A DNA stretch of 64,000 nucleotides from an uncultured bacterium (GCA_937943575.1 CALEAV010000021.1:8120-72119); one strand, 5' to 3'; positions 54,962 through 63,361 are shown, numbered from the stretch's first letter. Numbers and translations: made by a program. The notes: generated from the letters alone by a model not told the origin.

Positions 54962-55068
54962 GGGGAGAAACCTGTCGGTGGCTGGCGCTGAGGCTTACCG
55001 GCAATTGAGACCGGCGTCCTGATAGCTTACAATAACACGTATCAGGTAAAGGTGAAAGAAAAGCAGAC

Positions 55069-57576
55069 GTGGCCGTCCTGGAGAGACTGAGAGCCTGGCT
55101 CCACCGCAGGCGGCGGGCCGCCGGGGCCGGGTCCGCGCCCACGCTGCTGGAGCGGTATCACCAATACAAGCGCCTCCTGGCCGCCAACGCCGCCATCCTG
55201 GCCATCCTGGCCGACCTGCAGAGTAAGCAGGCGGAGGACTATGTCTTTGACATGGCCTACGTGCGCAACGCCGTCACCCGCCTCAACCGGGAGGTGGAGA
55301 TCCTGGTGGAGGCCCTCATCGCCCTCTCCGGCGGCCGCTATCAGGGCCTTAGGGAGGCCCGGGAACGGGTGGCCGCCAAAATTCTGGAGGAATTGGCCCC
55401 CCCGGAGATCCGCCCCGCCCCTCTGGCCCTGCCGCTCAGCAAAGTGACCGAGGGGCACTTCTTCGGCGGCAAGGCGGAGAAGCTGGGGGAGCTGAAGCGC
55501 CTGGGATTTCCCGTGCCCCGGGGCTTTGCGGTGAGCGCCTACGCCCAGAAGCTCTTCTTTCAGCAGGAGGGGCTGGAGGACTTCATCCGGGAGACCATCC
55601 AGGAGGCCGATATCCGAAACCTGGCCAGTCTGGAGCGGGCCGGAGAGGCCATCCGGGACCGCCTCCTGGTCACGCCCCTGCCGGCGGTTCTGTCCCAGAC
55701 CCTGGGCGCCCAGATGCGCCGCCTGGACGCGCGCCGGGTGGCGGTGCGTAGCTCCGCCCTGCAGGAGGACGGCTTCCACAGCTTCGCCGGCCAGTTTGAG
55801 AGCCTTCTCAACGTGCCCGCCGAGGAGCTGGAGCGGCGCTACAAGGAGGTGCTGGCCAGCCAGTTCACTCCCCGGGTGCTCTACTACTGCCACGCCCGGG
55901 GCTTCACCTACCAGGACCTGGCCATGGGGGTGCTGGTGATGGAGATGGTCCCGGCCCAGGCCGCCGGCGTCCTTTATACCGCCGACCCCAAGACCGGGGA
56001 GCCCGCCGTCCTCATCAACGCGGTCTTCGGGTTGGGCACCGCAGCGGTGGGCGGCCATGCCGAACCGGATGTCTATCGGGTGGAGCAGGGCCGCCTGGCC
56101 TCGGTGCGGGTGGGGAGGAAAGCACAGCGCCACCGGCTGCGGCCGGAGGGAGGCGTGGCGGAGGAGGAGGAGGTGCCGGAGGCGGACCGGCCCTGCCTCA
56201 CGGAGGCCCAGATCCTGGAGCTGGCGGCCCTGGGGGAGAGGATTGCCGCCCACTTTGGCGGCCCCCAGGACGTGGAGTGGGCCCTGGATGACACGGGGAC
56301 CTTCCACCTCCTCCAGGCCCGGCCTCTTCGGATCAGCCGGCCCGCCCGGGGGGCCTATCTGCCGCCCCGCCTGAAGGAGGCGCCCCTGCTGGCGGAGGCC
56401 GGGGTCATCGCCTCCCGGGGCGCCGCCGTCGGGCCGGTCTTCCGCCTGGAGGGGCTGGAGGTGGACTCCGTCCCCGAGGGCGCCGTGCTGGTGGTCCGCC
56501 GGGCCCTGCCGGAGTACGGTTTGGCGGTGGGCCGGGTGGCCGCGGTGGTCTCCGAAGGCGGCAGCGCCACCAGCCACCTGGCCACGGTGCTGCGGGAGGC
56601 CGGGGTGCCCGCCCTCTTCGGGGCCCGGGAGGCCTGGCAGCGCCTCACCCCGGGGGAAGTGGTGACAGTGGACGCCTACTACGGCAACATCTACGCCGGC
56701 CGCCGGGAGGAGCTCCTCAAGGCCCCCCCCGCCGATCCCATCCTCCATCAGAGCCGGGCCCGCCAAGCCCTGGAGCGGGTCATGAAGCACATCGTCCCCC
56801 TGCATCTCCTGGACCCCCGGGATCCGGGCTTCCGGCCCCGGAACTGCCGCACCTACCACGACATCACCCGCTTTGCCCACGAAAAGGCCATGGCCGAGCT
56901 CTTCCAGGTCTCCCGCCACGGCTCCCGGGAGTTTGCCCGGCGCCTGGTCTCCTCCCTGCCGCTGGAGATCTACGTGGTGGATGTGGGCGGGGGACTGAAG
57001 CCCGAAGCCCGGGAGGCCCCGGAGGTCACCCCGGAAGACATCACCTCCCGGCCCATGCAGGCCTACTGGCGGGGTGTGGCGGCCATCGGCTGGCAGGGGC
57101 CCCGCCCCCTGGATCTGGCCGGCTTCATGAGCGTCGTCATGGGCGCCGCCTCCGACACCCAGGCCATGGACCGCCTGCAGGAGGACAACTACGCCGTCCT
57201 GGCGGCGGACTACCTCAATTTCTCCAGCCGTCTCGGCTATCATTTCACCACCGTGGACGCCTATCTGGGCGAGCCGGAGCAGAGCTACATCACCCTGGTC
57301 TTTTACGGCGGCGGCGCCGAGTTAAGCCGGCGGGTGCGCCGGGCCCTGTTTCTGGCCCGGGTGCTCGAGCACCTGGACTTCCGGGTGGAGGTGAAGGGGG
57401 ATTCCCTCACCGCCCGTCTGGACGGTGTCGGCCTGCCGGTATTGGAGGAGAGGCTGGAGATCCTGGGCCGCCTCATCATGGCCAGCAAACAACTGGACGT
57501 CACCATGGCGGACGACAGCAGCGTGGAGCACTATTTTGAAGAGTTCATCTCCTCCGGTTACCGCCTGGCCCGCTGA
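55069..57576 (+). CDS. PpsA-like phosphotransferase: PPDK_N ATP-grasp plus swivel phospho-His domain plus non-canonical C-terminal domain (paralog 1)
   Basis: 835 aa with a GTG start. GGKAEKLGELKRLGFPVPRGF, VAVRSSALQEDG..SFAGQF.S and PQDVEWALDD.GTFHLLQARPL mark the PPDK_N domain. GAVLVVRRALPEYG...AAVVSEGGSATSHLATVLREAGVPAL marks the PEP-utilizer mobile domain. The last ~280 aa (NCRTYHDITRFAHEKAM...) lack the PEP/pyruvate TIM-barrel motifs I know. Confidence 0.8.
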   Translation: MAVLERLRAWLHRRRRAAGAGSAPTLLERYHQYKRLLAANAAILAILADLQSKQAEDYVFDMAYVRNAVTRLNREVEILVEALIALSGGRYQGLREARERVAAKILEELAPPEIRPAPLALPLSKVTEGHFFGGKAEKLGELKRLGFPVPRGFAVSAYAQKLFFQQEGLEDFIRETIQEADIRNLASLERAGEAIRDRLLVTPLPAVLSQTLGAQMRRLDARRVAVRSSALQEDGFHSFAGQFESLLNVPAEELERRYKEVLASQFTPRVLYYCHARGFTYQDLAMGVLVMEMVPAQAAGVLYTADPKTGEPAVLINAVFGLGTAAVGGHAEPDVYRVEQGRLASVRVGRKAQRHRLRPEGGVAEEEEVPEADRPCLTEAQILELAALGERIAAHFGGPQDVEWALDDTGTFHLLQARPLRISRPARGAYLPPRLKEAPLLAEAGVIASRGAAVGPVFRLEGLEVDSVPEGAVLVVRRALPEYGLAVGRVAAVVSEGGSATSHLATVLREAGVPALFGAREAWQRLTPGEVVTVDAYYGNIYAGRREELLKAPPADPILHQSRARQALERVMKHIVPLHLLDPRDPGFRPRNCRTYHDITRFAHEKAMAELFQVSRHGSREFARRLVSSLPLEIYVVDVGGGLKPEAREAPEVTPEDITSRPMQAYWRGVAAIGWQGPRPLDLAGFMSVVMGAASDTQAMDRLQEDNYAVLAADYLNFSSRLGYHFTTVDAYLGEPEQSYITLVFYGGGAELSRRVRRALFLARVLEHLDFRVEVKGDSLTARLDGVGLPVLEERLEILGRLIMASKQLDVTMADDSSVEHYFEEFISSGYRLAR

Positions 57577-57817
57577 CCCGGCCCGGCGGTGACCGGCGCT
57601 CACCCGGCCCGGGGGATTCCTCTGGCCTTTTCCCCGGTTTCAGCGGCGGGGGGGACCCGCCGGCCGGGCCTCCGGCCGGCAATCGGCGGCGGATGCGAGG
57701 TGGGTATGGAATGGCTGTGGCTGATCCTGCTGGTGGCGGCGATCCTCCTCCTGGCCCGGGGAGGCTTATGAGGCAGGTGATTCCGCGCCGGCTTCGGGAA
57801 AGCCGGACAGACACAGA

Positions 57818-57837
57818 GGGCAGCCCCGCGGCTGCCC
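57818..57837. terminator. GC hairpin between convergent genes (PpsA-like 1 and TauE)
   Basis: GGGCAGCC-ccgc-GGCTGCCC, a perfect 8-bp stem with a 4-nt loop. A second hairpin CCGGCTT-cggga-AAGCCGG lies at 57788..57806. No clear U-tract. Confidence 0.45.
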
Positions 57838-57895
57838 TCAAGGTTTAGGGAAAAGGGCCCCGGCAAGACTGTAGCCCGGAGCCCCCGGGAGAGGC

Positions 57896-58915
57896 TCAGT
57901 GGCCCAGACCCAGCTTTTCCGCCTGTTCCTTTTTGAAGCCGATGTACAGGCGGATGATGATGACCACGCACATCCCCAGGGCGGCGCACATCACCACCCA
58001 GGCGGCGGCCACGGAGTAATTGAACTGCTTCAGGGCCACGGAGAGGCCGGCCAGGATGATCATGATGGCAAAGAGGAGCCGGATGCCATAGCCCCGCACG
58101 TATTTCACCGCGGTGACGCCCAGCTGGGCGCCCACCGAGGCCCCCACCAGCATGTAGATGGCGGCCACGATGTCCACCGCGCCCTTGATGCCATAGGTCA
58201 GGCAGCCGTAGGCGCCGGCGAAGAGCACGGAGAAGAGGTCGGTGCCCACCGCAATGGCCGTGGGGCAGCCGATGAGGTAGATCAGGGCCGGCATGCGGAT
58301 GAAGCCGCCGCCCACCCCCAGAAAGCCGGAGAGGTAGCCGGTGAAGAAGAATACCCCCATCACCGTCCAGAAGGAGATGGTGATGCCGGAGGTGGGGAAG
58401 TGCATCATGGGGGGCAGGTTCCAGGCCTTGCGGGGCGGGGCCGTGCCTGCGGCCCGGGCCGCCGCCTTGGCCGCCGCGGCTGCCGCCCGCTGCTCTTTGG
58501 TGGCGTAGTCGTAGATCATATAGATGCCCAGGCCAAAGAGCAGGATCATGTAGGTATAGCGCACCACCGGGCCGGCCAGCCCCAGGCGGGTGAGGAGCAT
58601 GACGCTCTGGGCGCCCGCCTCCACCCCGATGACTGAGCCGATGATGGACCAGATGCCCAGCTTGAAGTCCACGTTGCCCATCTTGCGGTGCTTGGCGGTG
58701 GCCACGATGGACTTGCCGAAGATGTGGGCCAGGTCGGTGCCGATGGCATAGGCCATGGGGAAGCCGAAGATGTTCAGGGCCGGGGTCACCACCCAGGCGC
58801 CGCCGACGCCGAAGAAGCCCCCCAATACCCCCACGGAGAAGCCGATGGCGACGAGGATAAGGGCGTTAAAATCCCGTTCCGCGATGGGCAGATAAACATT
58901 GAAGAAATCCAGCAT
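57896..58915 (-). CDS. TauE/SafE-family anion (sulfite/sulfonate-type) exporter
   Basis: 339 aa, polytopic. Two internal repeats carry the G(G/A)xxGxGGG-type motif (VLGGFFGVGGAWVVTP and LSGFLGVGGGFIRMPALIY), typical of DUF81/TauE. Confidence 0.85.
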   Translation of the reverse strand: MLDFFNVYLPIAERDFNALILVAIGFSVGVLGGFFGVGGAWVVTPALNIFGFPMAYAIGTDLAHIFGKSIVATAKHRKMGNVDFKLGIWSIIGSVIGVEAGAQSVMLLTRLGLAGPVVRYTYMILLFGLGIYMIYDYATKEQRAAAAAAKAAARAAGTAPPRKAWNLPPMMHFPTSGITISFWTVMGVFFFTGYLSGFLGVGGGFIRMPALIYLIGCPTAIAVGTDLFSVLFAGAYGCLTYGIKGAVDIVAAIYMLVGASVGAQLGVTAVKYVRGYGIRLLFAIMIILAGLSVALKQFNYSVAAAWVVMCAALGMCVVIIIRLYIGFKKEQAEKLGLGH

Positions 58916-58930
58916 GACCCTTATCCCCCC

Positions 58931-59227
58931 TTACTCGTGGTGCTCGATCTTGCTGACTTCCATGCCGATGGCCTTGAGGATGACATCGGTCATCAGGGCG
59001 ATGAGCGCGCCCACCACCCCCATGACCACGGTCACCAGGATGGCAAAGACGAACTTATTGCTGTTGTACCAGGTGGCGAAAAAGTAATTGATGGCGCCCA
59101 GGCCCTCCACCCGCACCATCCGGGTGGCCATGTCCGGGACGTCCTTGTCCCCCGGGCCGGCGGCCAGGGCCAGGGCCGGCAGGGCCAGAAACAGGAGATT
59201 AAAGAATAACGCCTTGATTTTCTTCAC
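58931..59227 (-). CDS. Small membrane protein (signal peptide plus C-terminal TM), co-operonic with TauE gene
   Basis: ORF 58931..59266(-). I prefer GTG 59227 (GGAGGGaaaaattGTG), giving MKKIKALFFNLLFLALPALALAAGPG.... The C-terminal helix is FVFAILVTVVMGVVGALIALMTDVIL. Its stop lies 15 nt before the TauE ATG. Confidence 0.6.
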   Translation of the reverse strand: MKKIKALFFNLLFLALPALALAAGPGDKDVPDMATRMVRVEGLGAINYFFATWYNSNKFVFAILVTVVMGVVGALIALMTDVILKAIGMEVSKIEHHE

Positions 59228-59377
59228 AATTTTTCCCTCCATGCCTGAAAATGATAAGGCGTACACCTATATTGCTCCGCGGGCGAGCCGTGCCAGGATC
59301 TCCCCGGGGGTGCCCAAAAGATGCTCGAAACCCTCCCCTGATTCCGCTATATTAAGCATATGATGCAAAAGAGAAAC

Positions 59378-59393
59378 TGTGAAATAATTCACA
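59378..59393. promoter_or_regulatory. Perfect CRP/FNR-family palindrome TGTGA-N6-TCACA
   Basis: TGTGAAATAATTCACA read directly at 59378..59393. It lies in the AT-rich divergent intergenic region between the small-membrane/TauE operon and PpsA-like paralog 2 (ATG 59434). A TAATTT -10-like hexamer lies at 59415..59420. Confidence 0.6.
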
Positions 59394-59433
59394 TTTTCTG
59401 TTCCCTTGTCAAGCTAATTTTTGAACCGGCCCT

Positions 59434-62025
59434 ATGAGGTGGCGGGATCTCTTCCGGTGGCGGCGGACCCCGGTCCGCAGGCTGGGCCTGAAGGAGATTT
59501 TTCAGGGTTTCCAGCAGGTTCTGGCGGCCAACACCGAAGTCCTGGCCCTGATGGGCGACCTGGAGGAGAAGCTCTCCGGCCGCCTCAGCCTGGATCTCCC
59601 GGAGCTGCGCCGGGTGATCCACACCCTGGATGAGCACCTCACCCGGCTGGTGGCCGCCCTGGCCCGCATGTCCGGCAACCGCTGGCCGCAGTTGGAGCAG
59701 ACCCGCCAACGGCTCCAGGCCCTCATCCAGGAGCGGCTGGTGGAGCACCCTCCGGTGCCCGAGACGCCCCTCATCCTTTTTCTCCGCCAGGCCAAACCGG
59801 AGGAGCTGGCCGCCCTGGGGGGCAAGGCCGCCAATTTGGCCCGCCTGGCCCAGGCCGGACTGGCAGTGCCCGAGGGCTTTGTGGCCACCGCCCGGGCCTA
59901 CCGGCTGTTCCTCAGCCAGAGGGTTCCCGGGAATGCCGCAGTCCTGCAGGAGCTCATCGAGGCGCGGCTGGCCCGGCTGGACTTTGCCGATCCGGCGGCC
60001 GTCTCCCAGGCGGCCCGGGAGATCCAGGGCCTCATCCTGGCGCAGCCGCTGCCGGCGGAGCTGCACCGGGAGCTCCTGACCGCCGCCCGCCGCCTGGCCC
60101 CCAACGGCGCCCGCCTGGTGGTGCGCTCCAGCGGCTCCCGGGAGGAGGTGGCCGCCACCTTTGCCGGCGTCTACGACAGTTTCCTCAACGTCTCCCCCGA
60201 CGAGGTGCCGGAGCGCTGGCGCCAGGTGGTGGCCAGCCATTTCTCCCACCGGGCCCTGCAGTATTTCCGGGACCTGGACCTGGAGATGGCCGAGGCCTAC
60301 ATGGCGGTGCTGGTGCAGCGCCTCATCCCGGGTCGGGCCTCCGGCGTGCTCTTCACCACCGATCCCGAGAGCTTCCGCTTCGGCCGGCTGCTGGTGAGCG
60401 CCTCCTGGGGCCTGGGGCCGGAGCTGGTAATGAGCGAGAGCAACCCGGACCTCTATGTGGTGGACAAACAGAGCGGTCGGCTGGTCTCCTCCCAGGTGGG
60501 CTGCAAGGCGCGGCAGCTCATCCTCCAGGGCGACCGCCTGGCGGCCCAGATCCTCCCCGCCGAAGTCGCCCGGACGCCGGTTTTGACCCCCCGGGACCTG
60601 GAAGAACTGGCCCGGGTGGCCCTGGATCTGGAGGATCTGCTGGCCGGGCCCCAGGACGTGGAGTGGGTCCAGGACTGGCAGGGCCGCTGCCATCTGCTGC
60701 AGTGCCGGCCCCTGCGCATCTCCCGGGCCCAGGCCCGCCGCTTCCTGGAGGAGGCCGGCCGGGAATGCCGGGCCGAGGTGCTCCTGGATGCCGGCATCCC
60801 CGGCTCCCTGGGGGTGGGGGCCGGGCCGGTGTTCCTCCTCACCCCGGAGCGCTCCCAGGAGGAGGTGCCCGAGGGCGCGGTGCTGGTCATCCCCCGGACC
60901 TCCCCCCAGCTGACGCCAGTGCTCTCCCGGGTGGCCGCCCTGGTGGCGGATGTGGGCTCCGCCACCGGCCACATGGCCCTGGTGGCCCGGGAGTATGGCA
61001 TCCCCGCCCTGGTGGACACCTTCCAGGCCACCAAAATCCTGAAGCCGGGGGAGGTGGTGACGGTGGATGCCTACAACGCCCGCATCTACCGGGGGCGGGT
61101 GGAGGAGCTGGTGCGCTTCGAGGAGCGCCAGCGGCCGCATCTGTTAAGATCGCCGGGGCTGGAGCGCCTCCGGGCCGTCCTGGATCTCATCGTCCCCCTC
61201 ACCCTGGTGGACTTCAAAAGCCCCCGGTTCCGGCCGGAGAACTGCCGCACCTACCACGACATCGCCTTCTTCGCCCATGAAAAGGCCATGCAGGTGATGT
61301 TCGGGCTGATGGACGAGGTGGCCGCCGGGCGGGTGCCGGCCTTGCGGCTTCTCAAGCTGGACACCCGCCTGCCCCTGAACCTGCACCTGGTGGATGTGGG
61401 CGACGGCCTGGCCAGCCATGAGAATCCGGTGCCCCCGGAGGACATCCTGTCGGTCCCCTTCCGGGCCCTGTGGCGGGGCATCAGCCATCCGGACATCTCC
61501 TGGGCCGGCCCGGTGCCGGTGAGTGTGGGCGGCTTCCTCCACGTCCTGGGGCAATCCGCCATCCGGCCCCCGGAGCAGTTCTGGGACAAGACCTACGCCA
61601 TCGTCTCCCGGCATTATGTCAACTACGCCTGCCGCCTGGGCTACCACTACCAGAGTGTGGACAGCTACTGCGGCCCCACCCCGGCGGACAATTACATCAA
61701 CTTCAACTTCAAGGGCGGGGCGGCGGACGAATTGCGGCGCATCCGCCGGGCCAAATTCATCTCCCTGGTGGTGGAGGCCCTGGGGTTTGAGGTGGAACAG
61801 CACCTGGACGTCATCCGGGCCCGCTTCCGCAAACGTCCCCTGGAGGAGACGGAGGAGCGCCTGGACCTGTTGGGCCGGCTCATGGCCTATGTCCGCCAGA
61901 TGGACATGCTCATGTCCCACGACGGCATGATCACCCTGTTGGCGGAGCGCTTCCTGGCCGGCCATTATGAGCGGCCCCTGGGGACGGAGGGCTTTCCCGG
62001 GCCCCCGGCAAACCTCACCGCCTGA
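59434..62025 (+). CDS. PpsA-like phosphotransferase: PPDK_N ATP-grasp plus swivel phospho-His domain plus non-canonical C-terminal domain (paralog 2)
   Basis: 863 aa. Contains GGKAANLARLAQAGLAVPEGF, VVRSSGSREE, PQDVEWVQDWQGRCHLLQCRPL and AALVADVGSATGHMALVAREYGIPAL. The C-terminal NCRTYHDIAFFAHEKAM...VDVGDGL...RLGYHY...FKGGAADELRRIRRAKF is collinear with paralog 1. Confidence 0.8.
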   Translation: MRWRDLFRWRRTPVRRLGLKEIFQGFQQVLAANTEVLALMGDLEEKLSGRLSLDLPELRRVIHTLDEHLTRLVAALARMSGNRWPQLEQTRQRLQALIQERLVEHPPVPETPLILFLRQAKPEELAALGGKAANLARLAQAGLAVPEGFVATARAYRLFLSQRVPGNAAVLQELIEARLARLDFADPAAVSQAAREIQGLILAQPLPAELHRELLTAARRLAPNGARLVVRSSGSREEVAATFAGVYDSFLNVSPDEVPERWRQVVASHFSHRALQYFRDLDLEMAEAYMAVLVQRLIPGRASGVLFTTDPESFRFGRLLVSASWGLGPELVMSESNPDLYVVDKQSGRLVSSQVGCKARQLILQGDRLAAQILPAEVARTPVLTPRDLEELARVALDLEDLLAGPQDVEWVQDWQGRCHLLQCRPLRISRAQARRFLEEAGRECRAEVLLDAGIPGSLGVGAGPVFLLTPERSQEEVPEGAVLVIPRTSPQLTPVLSRVAALVADVGSATGHMALVAREYGIPALVDTFQATKILKPGEVVTVDAYNARIYRGRVEELVRFEERQRPHLLRSPGLERLRAVLDLIVPLTLVDFKSPRFRPENCRTYHDIAFFAHEKAMQVMFGLMDEVAAGRVPALRLLKLDTRLPLNLHLVDVGDGLASHENPVPPEDILSVPFRALWRGISHPDISWAGPVPVSVGGFLHVLGQSAIRPPEQFWDKTYAIVSRHYVNYACRLGYHYQSVDSYCGPTPADNYINFNFKGGAADELRRIRRAKFISLVVEALGFEVEQHLDVIRARFRKRPLEETEERLDLLGRLMAYVRQMDMLMSHDGMITLLAERFLAGHYERPLGTEGFPGPPANLTA

Positions 62026-62050
62026 GGGGGAAAATCAAGCAGGGGGACCC

Positions 62051-62884
62051 ATGCCGGCGGCGTTTCGGCGGCTTCTGGTGTGCACCGACAGCTCCCCGGC
62101 CAGCCAGGGTGCCTTTCAGGCAGCCTTGGCGTTGGCGGCAGCCTCTGCCTGCGAGGTCTGCCTGATGCAGGTGCTGGAAGTGAGCCCGGCCATGGCCGCC
62201 CTGGCCCCGGAGGCCCTGGTGAGCTGGGAGCAGCAGGTGCGGGGCCATCTGGAGGAGCTGCGCCGCCGGGCCCGGTCCGTGGGGGTGGACCTCACGGTGG
62301 TGGTGGCCGCGGCGGAGACGGCCGCGACCGCCATCGTGGCGGAGGCCGACAGGAGGCAGGCGGACCTCATTGTCATGGGGCGGCTGGGCAGGACCGGGCT
62401 GGCCCGCCTGCTCCTGGGGAGCACGGCCGCCCGCACCCTGGGCTTCAGCCCGGTGAATGTGCTCATCGTGCCGGCGGAGACCCCCCTGGCCCGGGAGCGG
62501 CTGCTCGTCGCCAGCGACGGCTCCCCTTTCAGTGAGGCAGCTTTTGCCGAGGCCCTGCGTCTGGCCCGCCTCTGGGGCAGCCGTCTCTCCGGCCTCAGCG
62601 TCGCCCGGGAGGAGGGGGAGCTGACGGAGGCCCAAGCCATCGTGGGGGGGATGCTCGCCCGGGCCAATGCCCTGGGCCTGCCCCTGGAGACCCGGGTGAC
62701 GGTGGGCGCCCCCGATGACGCCATCGTGCGGCTGGCCCGGGAACTGGGCGCGGATCTCATCATCCTGGGGAGCCACGGCCGCACCGGCTTCACCCGGCTG
62801 CTTCTGGGGAGCGTGGCCGAGCGGGTCATCGGCAGCGCGCCTTGCCCCGTCCTGGTGGTGAAAAAGCCGGCCGAAAAAGGGTGA
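62051..62884 (+). CDS. Tandem universal stress protein (two UspA domains)
   Basis: ORF 61967..62884 trimmed to ATG 62051. First domain: FRRLLVCTDSSPAS...ADLIVMGRLGRTGLARLLLGSTAARTL..SPVNVLIVP. Second domain: LLVASDGSPFS...ADLIILGSHGRTGFTRLLLGSVAERVIGSAPCPVLVV. Confidence 0.88.
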   Translation: MPAAFRRLLVCTDSSPASQGAFQAALALAAASACEVCLMQVLEVSPAMAALAPEALVSWEQQVRGHLEELRRRARSVGVDLTVVVAAAETAATAIVAEADRRQADLIVMGRLGRTGLARLLLGSTAARTLGFSPVNVLIVPAETPLARERLLVASDGSPFSEAAFAEALRLARLWGSRLSGLSVAREEGELTEAQAIVGGMLARANALGLPLETRVTVGAPDDAIVRLARELGADLIILGSHGRTGFTRLLLGSVAERVIGSAPCPVLVVKKPAEKG

Positions 62885-63001
62885 TCTGGGTGTGCAACAG
62901 GGAGGTCAGAAGGGCTGGGAAGGCCACTCCGGTGTGTCGGCCCGTCTTCTGACGGCCGGCTGCCTTCGTGGCCCGTTGCTTTTCAGGTGAGCGGCCTTCC
63001 C

Positions 63002-63112
63002 TCAGTGACAGCAGGTGTGCTCGTGGTGGTGATGCCCGTCATTGTGGGCATGCTCGTGGGTGTGCACCACCGCCTCGTGGCTGTGCTCCTGCCCGTCGTG
63101 GCTGTGGGTCAC
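63002..63112 (-). CDS. Candidate His/Cys-rich micro-protein (36 aa from GTG; open frame extends to 63199)
   Basis: My translation gives (GTG)M-THSHDGQEHSHEAVVHTHEHAHNDGHHHHEHTCCH*. The GTG overlaps the TGA stop of an upstream 25-codon ORF (63186..63109) in a GTGA arrangement. Upstream in the same frame the sequence reads ...KCCHATDRHEHEHRQEAV. The start codon is unresolved. Confidence 0.3.
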   Translation of the reverse strand: MTHSHDGQEHSHEAVVHTHEHAHNDGHHHHEHTCCH

Positions 63113-63202
63113 CGCCTCCTGCCGGTGCTCATGCTCGTGCCTGTCCGTGGCATGGCAGCACTTGACGCCTCGCCTCCTTTGGCCATGGGGAGTTTGATTT
63201 TA

Positions 63203-63230
63203 ATCTTAAGTCTATAAATCTCCAGTGCAA
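63203..63230 (-). promoter_or_regulatory. Sigma70-like promoter in front of the His-rich micro-ORF unit
   Basis: On the minus strand: TTGCAC (63230..63225), 16-nt spacer, TAAGAT (63208..63203), 17 nt upstream of ATG 63186. Confidence 0.4.
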
Positions 63231-63361
63231 TCCTGACCGGCGGCTGGCCGGATACCGGGTTGTCTTGCCGGCCCCCGGAGGGATTTCCGCCCGACCGGGG
63301 GCGCCAAGCCCCTGCCTGCACCGGGCAGGTGCCCCCTGCCGGGCCGGGCCCCTCTCCCGCC

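Noticed and set aside
57706-57771. A 21-aa hydrophobic micro-ORF, MEWLWLILLVAAILLLARGGL, between paralog 1 and the TauE gene.
   Set aside because: It is very short and has only a marginal SD (GAGGTGGGT directly abutting the ATG). It lies in a convergent terminator region. Hydrophobic Leu-rich frames arise easily in CTG/GCC-rich sequence. I cannot support it without expression data.
62987-63217. Plus-strand 76-aa Val/Leu-rich ORF (MSGLPSVTAGVLVVVMPVIVGMLVGVHH...).
   Set aside because: It has no SD before its GTG and runs into the AT-rich promoter-like sequence at its 3' end. Its GTG/CTC codons are the exact complement of the CAC/GAG codons of the His-rich frame. I consider it the more likely shadow, but I cannot exclude that it is the real gene (see the finding at 63002..63230).
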